This document shows positions 56,150 to 64,000 of a stretch of DNA of 64,000 nucleotides, piece after piece (within the stretch, counting starts at the first letter, position 1; every line of letters starts with the position of its first letter). The notes under the pieces were generated by a model that was not told the origin of the DNA, searched no databases, and was given only the letters and a program-made list of their open reading frames with translations. The DNA is from Octopus vulgaris (lineage: Eukaryota). The stretch covers positions 101,246,001 through 101,310,000 of the forward strand of contig OX597815.1 of the NCBI GenBank assembly GCA_951406725.2, in the 5' to 3' direction. The position numbers and the translations under genes are program-made.

Positions 56150-56970
56150 TATATATATATATAAAAACTCAACTTGTGCGTCTGTGTGTGTATCTGTGTG
56201 TGTGTCTGTGTGTTTAACTTCCTCCAAGCCAACAAATCGTAGAGCCACCAAAAATGGGTCACTTAAAGTTTAGGCGAATGAAAATTGAACTGCGCTATTT
56301 CTGTTCCGAAATTCATCTCGCAAGTGCAAAAATCGATAATGTGTTTGTTTAGGCCTTATCCCATGCATTGAATAGTCAGCTGTTTGATGTGAACTGTGTT
56401 CACCACGCGTGCAAGTATGCGAAAATTGCATGAAAAATAAAAAATCAAGATATAAAAACAAATCGCCGTAAACATTGTAGAAATTCGGCAAAGAAATGAA
56501 TTTTCGGGATGTAGCCTGGAGGGTTTTTTCGTATTAATCGTTTGGACTTTGTGAACACATACCAATTGTTTTCATAACATTTTTAACGGTTTGAATTAAA
56601 TGTGACCATTTTGCGTTGAGTCTGCAGTTTGAATCACTTTAACCAAATTTTAGCAGGCCGGATTTTTGATCATCACAATACATCGCCAGCGACTCCATGA
56701 AACTCTCCCCTGAAATCCCCTTTGAGAAATACTGATCTAAAAGAATAATTCAACAATGCAATTATTTGATCAACAAAAATTTATGAAACGCTTCTACGTA
56801 CTTCCTATTGAGGAAATGGAACACATAAGCGCAAAAATAGAGGGCATTAAATGCTTGATTTTAAAACCAAAATAATTGAATTTTGATTGAACTTCATCCA
56901 AATTTAGCTTAATTCGCGCGTGCATAGAACGCACGAGCGCACGAGCGCACGAGCCGGGCAATACTGCTTG
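56150..56970 (+). mobile_element. Non-autonomous Helitron-like element
   Basis: 5' (TA)n-AAAACTCAACTTGTGCGTCTGTGTG organisation like 26447-26844; GC-rich 3' end ..GCCGGGCAATACTG-CTTG-T (decayed CTAG). Confidence 0.65.
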
Positions 56971-57061
56971 TATATATATACAGGACAAATACAAAAATAC
57001 ACATTAAGTACAGGAAAGATGCGTAAACACACAGAGATAAGTACAGGACAAAATACTAAAG

Positions 57062-57150
57062 AAAGTCTAACTCCTCCTCAGTTGTCGACTGTTTATTACT
57101 ACCTGTTTCGAGCTTTCAACGACAAGCTAGGAAAACCTCATAAGACAGCA
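57062..57150 (-). ncRNA. Candidate hammerhead ribozyme, non-circularly permuted, cleavage triplet mutated (copy E2)
   Basis: Minus strand: GCUGUCUUAU..CCUAGC-UUGUCG..AGCUC-GAA-ACAGG..AUAAACAGU-CGACAA-CUGAGGA-G-GAGUU; stems I and II intact; CCUAGC where CCUGUC is expected. Confidence 0.62.
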
Positions 57151-57604
57151 GCATCCAGAGGTTTAAAAAATATAAAATTTAAGGAGAGATAGGGCTTTGA
57201 ACGAACAAACGACACCAGAGTGGACGTACAGAATAAACAATTGACGAAGATATGCATTAAGGGCCGTTAGGCCAAGACGAACTGTTATGGGTAACGCTTG
57301 GGAGATATTTCGAACGGAATATAGAATAGATAGAAGAGAAAAAATAGTAGGAGAGAAAAAATATCGAGAGGCTAGAGATAACTGTTAGAGGCACTATAAT
57401 TTTACTGTTATTTCATGTTTAAGATGTATTGTCTAAGGAGGTCAATGTAACAGCCGTTCGGTTAATGCCGACATTTTTTTGTACAGTATATCGTGATCTA
57501 TTTTAGAATAGCTATACTGCTAGAGTTAATAGCCAGCTGATAATTCTGGAATTCGCATTAAATGACATGCTGTACATTGATGATGATGGTAATGATGATG
57601 GTCA

Positions 57605-58390
57605 TGCAGCAGCTGTCATGGCTTCTGGTCTTAACTGATTAGAAGTGTTATATCATGTACATATTTTTTGCTTAGTGTAAAAGATGAGCTTCAGGTTATA
57701 TTCTGCTCAATACCACAGGTTTGCTTGTCGGTTGTTTGACGTTAATCAGTTAGCGTGTCTCTTAGTGGCTGACGGTATGCGCATCTTTGATCACAAGCAG
57801 GCATATTGGAGAAATATCATGGCTATGTGTTGTGATGACAACAAGTCTCCTCAAATCTCAAGAATCTTCCTTAGAATTCTTGCAGAATATAGAATGATAG
57901 ATTTTTGCTGGTTGACAAAAGTCTATGATCGTACACTATTTGTATATTTTGTCCCCTACGATCATATCCGCTTTTCTTGCTACAATAGTAAGGTCAGTCA
58001 TTATGGGGATATCGCACAAGACCTTGCATTATTATTATTGAGTGAGAGAGAAGAGCATACCATCAAAGTGACCCAGAGATATATGTATACGGTGTTTGAA
58101 TAATTCAGTTCTGAAAACATAAGTGTTTCGTTCATCATTCTTAAACAACCCTTATTCAGAGACATTTTGAGCGGATGTGCTTATCGCCTCGAAGAAAATT
58201 CCAACTGGGCTCCACCTAAAAAGTCATGCGCTGTGTATATTGATATGAGATTACCATGTCGCGCACATATGGTTGTGATACATGTACCTGGTGTACCCTT
58301 ATCAGACGGATAGCCATGATGGGTATATTGGGCTTCGTATACATATATCTCTGGGTCACTTTGATGGCATGCTCTTCTCTCTCACTCAAT
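57605..58390. mobile_element. Second copy of the 42450-43008 repeat, interrupted by an inverted templated insertion
   Basis: Colinear with 42470-43008 except for 57834-58090. Confidence 0.75.
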
Positions 58391-58397
58391 AATAATA

Positions 58398-58826
58398 ATG
58401 CAAAGTCTTGTGCGATATCCCCATAATGACTGACCTTACTATTGCAGCAAGAAAAGCGGATATGATCGTAGGGGACAAAATATACAAATAGTGTACGATC
58501 ATAGACTTTTCAATTCCTTATGATTGCAGAGTCGATACCAAGAAATTAATAAAAATTGAGAAATATCAGGATCTAGCCAGAGAATCGAGGAGACTGTAGA
58601 AAACCAAGACAACAATTATTTCTGTAGTAATTGGTTCACATGGCACAACACCCAAAATTCTACATAAAAGACTGAAAGAGATTGGAAATGAAACTCGTGT
58701 TGTCAACCAGCAAAAATCTATCATTCTATATTCTGCAAGAATTCTAAGGAAGATTCTTGAGATTTGAGGAGACTTGTTGTCATCAAACCTCACGATAGAA
58801 TACCTGCTAACTAAATTGGCATGCAA

Positions 58827-58828
<2 letters not shown>
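58398..58828 (+). mobile_element. R4/Dong-clade 3' fragment, decayed
   Basis: KVLCDIPIMTD..IAARKADMIV, IIDFSIPYD, KIEKYQDLARE, VVIGSHG, ARILRKILEI*; (AAT)n on both sides. Confidence 0.85.
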
Positions 58829-59193
<365 letters not shown>

Positions 59194-61662
59194 CAACGTG
59201 TCTCTAAAAGCTGATGACAACGTGTCAGTGAAGTGAAAGCACGCTATAAAAATAAAACTACTGAATAATAATAATAATAATAACAATAATGGTTTCACCT
59301 TTTAACACAAGGCCAGAAATTGTGGCGGGAGGGTATTAGTCAATCCAATAAACCCTAGTACTTGACTGATACCCAATTTTATGGACCTCGAAATGAGAAA
59401 AAGCAAAATTGACGTTGGCGAGATTTGAACCCAGAACGTAAAGAACCGGAAGAAATACTGCTAAACATTTTGCCCAGCGTGCTAATGGTTCTGCTAGAGG
59501 TCAATGTAATAGACTTAGAATCTCCTCTCAAAATTGCTGGCCGTGCTTATGTTAAAAATTAAAAAGAAAAGCGAAAGAAACGGAGGAAGCAAAAATGAGG
59601 TCACTAGCGTTGAGAAGATGCCAGTTGTCATCATACCGATAGGTCAACAGTATGTAACTCATTAACACTACAGGTTGTTCATGACACAGTTATTTGTCTC
59701 TTAATTAGCACTTCACAAAACTGTAAATAAACATCGTATGAAAGTACAGTAGTTCACTGCAGTAATTAATATTTCGTTAACTTCAAATACTGTGATCGAT
59801 TACTTCCATGCGTTACAAAAGGAGAAGAGGTTATCGCATGTAGCATTTTGCATAATATTCATTACCTGCTGGTTGCAACATGCGTTCGAATGTTGCGCTG
59901 TTAGCCATTCTAACTATAGAACGAAATCGAAAGACAAATCGAAATCTTTGAAAGCATTGTTTTTAATATAGACATAAGGCCAGAAGTTTGGAGAGGCATA
60001 TATTGACCTTAGTACTTGACTGATACTATATTGGAAGCTTTGGCAATCTATGAATTTATGTAGCAAAATTATAATTTAACGTGGGATTTCCTCAAGTCCC
60101 GCTAGCTATTATTAACAAAAGAGTAAAAATTACTACATAGATTTATCATAGATTTATCAATCAACATTAGAAACTTATTGAAATATATATCAGCATTTTA
60201 TTACCATTATCAAAATTAAGAATCTCTATGTAGTCGCTATCCTAGTCCCGCTAGAAACAGCAATCAGGTCTTCCTCATATCGCATCCTACTGACTTGTAA
60301 AAGGGAAAGAAATGTTGGATGATGTAGTCTTAGATGCAGTATGTCCAAATACAATTAAATAAAACCATTGCTTGAATGACTTCATCATAGCTCCGTGTGA
60401 TCAGGACTAACCTTGGTTTAAATAGTACCAGCATCAGCGGCAACAGTAATAACAGCAACAACAATACCAAGAGTACTATTGGGAACTAATTATGGTTTCA
60501 ATCGATTACTTTGAGGCTTAAAAATATTTTTTAAAAGACCTGTTTTTGCTAAAGTATGCAACCTTTCACAACATTATTTATTGATAACACTGCACATTTT
60601 CAATAGCATTTACATCGATATTTTCTCATGAGTTACTTTGTTATGCACAGATCTTTATATTAAATGTCACACTGCAGCCTCTACATGGTAGCTTCACCTT
60701 CTAAAAATAGCAGTCATAGTACCATGAAATAACTGTCCACCTTTTTTCTTATAAAAAGAAAAAGAGGGAGGACACATTACGTATAATTGGTTCTAGCATA
60801 GGCATGACGCCTAAAATTTGGGGTAGGGGGTTATTCGATTTCACCAATCACAGTATTTGTCTAGTACTTTATTTTATCAACCCCGAAATAACAGGCAATG
60901 TTGGCTTCGGCGGGATTTGAACCCAGAATGTAGAGTTGGAATAAATACTGGAAAGTGGGGGACAACAGACGGGATATTCACGATTGGAATGTTTTTAAGA
61001 ACAAGTATTTTTGATCGTGCCTATATTGGAAAGGACACACACACACATACACACACTCACACACACACCTCACACACACACAACGCACACACACAAACAC
61101 GGTGATCCATATACCATTGGTGCAAATAAGTGCTGTTGATATATAGCCGCAAGTCGACTCTTATAGAACAGACTTATAATCATGGTCGTGACTATCCCGC
61201 CTTTTCCGAAGCATTTACAAATACCTTCTAACGTGTCTTTTCATTTTCCAAGAAGCTAGGGTGTTATTTGAATAAGTTTTTTGTGCTATTTCTAGCATGG
61301 TCAAACGACCATACAGGTGCGGTAGTTTGACCTGAAATATATTTCTTGACCAAGAAATGTATTTCATGGTCAGTAATTCATAGAGAGTAACGAAACTGAG
61401 TGAAGGAAAATATAAATACATGCACATAAATAGCCACAAATAAATAAATATATAGAACTAGCGACATATATTACACACAGGTCGTCACTGCTTCTTCCTG
61501 CAACCTCCTTCTACTCCTTGTAAAGTCAGCTGACCAGTTCAGGAATGAATATTTTACAGTGATGACTACATATCTACAGCAGTAGGTGGATTACATATTC
61601 TGTTTAATAGGCCTGGAAAAGTCGGTCAGTAATCTAGAAATCTTATTTACTATATAGTGTGT

Positions 61663-61715
<53 letters not shown>

Positions 61716-61817
61716 GTTGATATATTGTCGTCCAGGTCAGCACATCAAGTGCCATATATATATATATGGTAAGGAGTGTATATATATATATATATATATA
61801 TAAATATACATATATAC

Positions 61818-62025
61818 ACTCTTTACTCTTTTACTTGTTTCAGTAATTTGACTGTGGCCATGCTGGAGTATCGCCTTTAGTCGAGCAAATCGACCCCAGG
61901 ACTTATTCTTTGTAAGCCTAGTACTTATTCTATCGGTCTCTTTTGCCGAACCGCTAAGTTACGGGGACGTAAACACACCAGTATTGGTTGTCAAGCGATG
62001 TTGGAGGGGGACAAATACAGACTTA

Positions 62026-62083
<58 letters not shown>

Positions 62084-62258
62084 AATATATACGCATATAT
62101 ACGACGGGCTTCTTTCAGTTTCCGTCTAACAAATCTACTCACAAGGCTTGGTCGGCCCGAGGCTATAGTAGAAGACACTTGTCCAAGGTGCCATGCAGTG
62201 GGACTGAAGCCGGAACCATGTGGTTGGTAAGCAAGCTACTTACCACACAGCCACTCCT
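61818..62258 (-). mobile_element. SINE family 1, near full length
   Basis: Colinear with 22866-23315. Confidence 0.88.
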
Positions 62259-62290
<32 letters not shown>

Positions 62291-62334
62291 GTCCTTGTGT
62301 ATAATGCATATGTCTGTCTATATATGTATGTGTG

Positions 62335-62366
<32 letters not shown>

Positions 62367-62411
62367 CATATACATATACACATTCACACACTGACACGCG
62401 CGCGCACAAAT

Positions 62412-62447
<36 letters not shown>

Positions 62448-62454
62448 GTATATA

Positions 62455-62548
<94 letters not shown>

Positions 62549-62920
62549 TAGAAATGGGAATGAATACAGGCTTGGTATCAATATATTTGCATGGAGTAAC
62601 AAAAACTACACAATGAGGGTAAAAATAAAATATGAAGAAAATATGTAATTTCTTAATTCGACAGCTGTTTTAGGAGGACCAGAGTTATATTGCAATCATA
62701 ATGAGAGAGAAAGGGCGAAAAGAAAGTTGAAGTCTCGTTAGGCTGATTTTAACATTATTTTCTCTTTTTTCTGTTTCTTCCATTCTATACTTCTTCATTT
62801 CTTCTTATGTTCTAGACGTTCTCCTTGCTCTTTACGTAATCCCTAAGCTCGTTTTGATTCCCCTCTCTCTTTAACTGTCTATATTTTTACTAAGACTACT
62901 ATAAAAATCTCATTTGTTTA

Positions 62921-63070
62921 TCTTCCCCTGAAGATAGGAGCCGAACTTGTATCACATGTGACTGATTACCAATTACAGACGCATGACTTGTTGCATATTT
63001 CATCAGCAAATTACGATTATTATGATTATTACGTAATTCTGAGCTTCCCGAAACAGCTGTCGAGTTAAGA
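62921..63070 (+). ncRNA. Degenerate type I hammerhead candidate
   Basis: CUGAAGA (62928-34), GGAGC/GCUUCC stem II base, GAAAC-AGCU-GUC with palindromic loop (63050-61); stem I imperfect. Confidence 0.4.
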
Positions 63071-63306
63071 AATTATATAGTTTCTTCATATTTCATTCTG
63101 TAGTTTTTATGTTCCCTGTAAATACGAAGCCTTACTAGTTAATCTCCTTTACTACTTCGATATCAGCTCAATTTGGATTTCTCTTATAACCATTCTTCGG
63201 AGTTACAGTTCAAATCCTTTTGAGCACTACGATGTGTGTTCTACACTGAACATCTCCAGTTCTCACCTATTGTCTTTATTTGCGCATACATACATACATA
63301 CATACA

Positions 63307-63339
<33 letters not shown>

Positions 63340-63346
63340 GTATATA

Positions 63347-63383
<37 letters not shown>

Positions 63384-63395
63384 GTATATGTATAT

Positions 63396-63442
<47 letters not shown>

Positions 63443-63680
63443 TATATATATAGATATATCGCGTAATAAATAAAATATATGCATACATACAAACATATAT
63501 GTACGTACCTACATCTACATGTATATATACATGCATATATAAGTATATATACGTGTGTACAGGACACCACAAATAGACGTAGAACTCAACGAGAAACGAA
63601 AAAGTAAAAACAGCATGGAACGGACCATTTTTTTAACAACGAAAAAACAGAGTACAAGACAACTACACAAGAAAAAATCC

Positions 63681-63736
<56 letters not shown>

Positions 63737-64000
63737 GAAAGAAGGTTTGAAAATGCAATTTAAAAGATGTTTATTTACTTTACCGGTTTCACTCTTTGGA
63801 AAAAGATTGTCAAAAGTAACATGTGGAAGTTTGGTTGCGTTAATTATTGGTTGTTGCAAATTGCTACATTACATATATATATATACAGTCTTTGGTAACA
63901 GGGACATATTAAGGACATAAAAAAGTTCAACAAGTTCCTTAAAATATTGGGCAAAAAAGATTACATAAATAATCGTTCTCAAGGACATACTTAAGATAGT

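Overview
AT-rich, microsatellite-dense animal genomic DNA; the SINE families and repeat load resemble an octopus-type cephalopod genome (inference). I can support no intact host protein-coding gene, and most listed ORFs are microsatellite or SINE artefacts. The window holds three tRNA-derived SINE families and head-to-tail arrays of 5'-truncated R4/Dong-clade (RLE) retrotransposons stacked in (TAA)n tracts (10.3-15.0 kb, 38.9-42.4 kb, 58.4-59.3 kb). It also holds a full-length but dead DD34D mariner, other Tc1/mariner, piggyBac-like, hAT-like and Helitron-like relics, RTE, CR1 and Penelope fragments, and a frameshifted DNAH2-like dynein fragment. The most notable signal is RNA structure. Three divergent (TA)n-anchored elements (28.7, 55.4, 57.1 kb, minus strand) carry the hammerhead ribozyme core segments with co-varying helices, but in a non-circularly permuted (pseudoknotted) order. 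Several conventional type I hammerhead candidates also occur (29.0, 29.8, 46.8, 63.0 kb). All structures were folded by eye and none has been tested.
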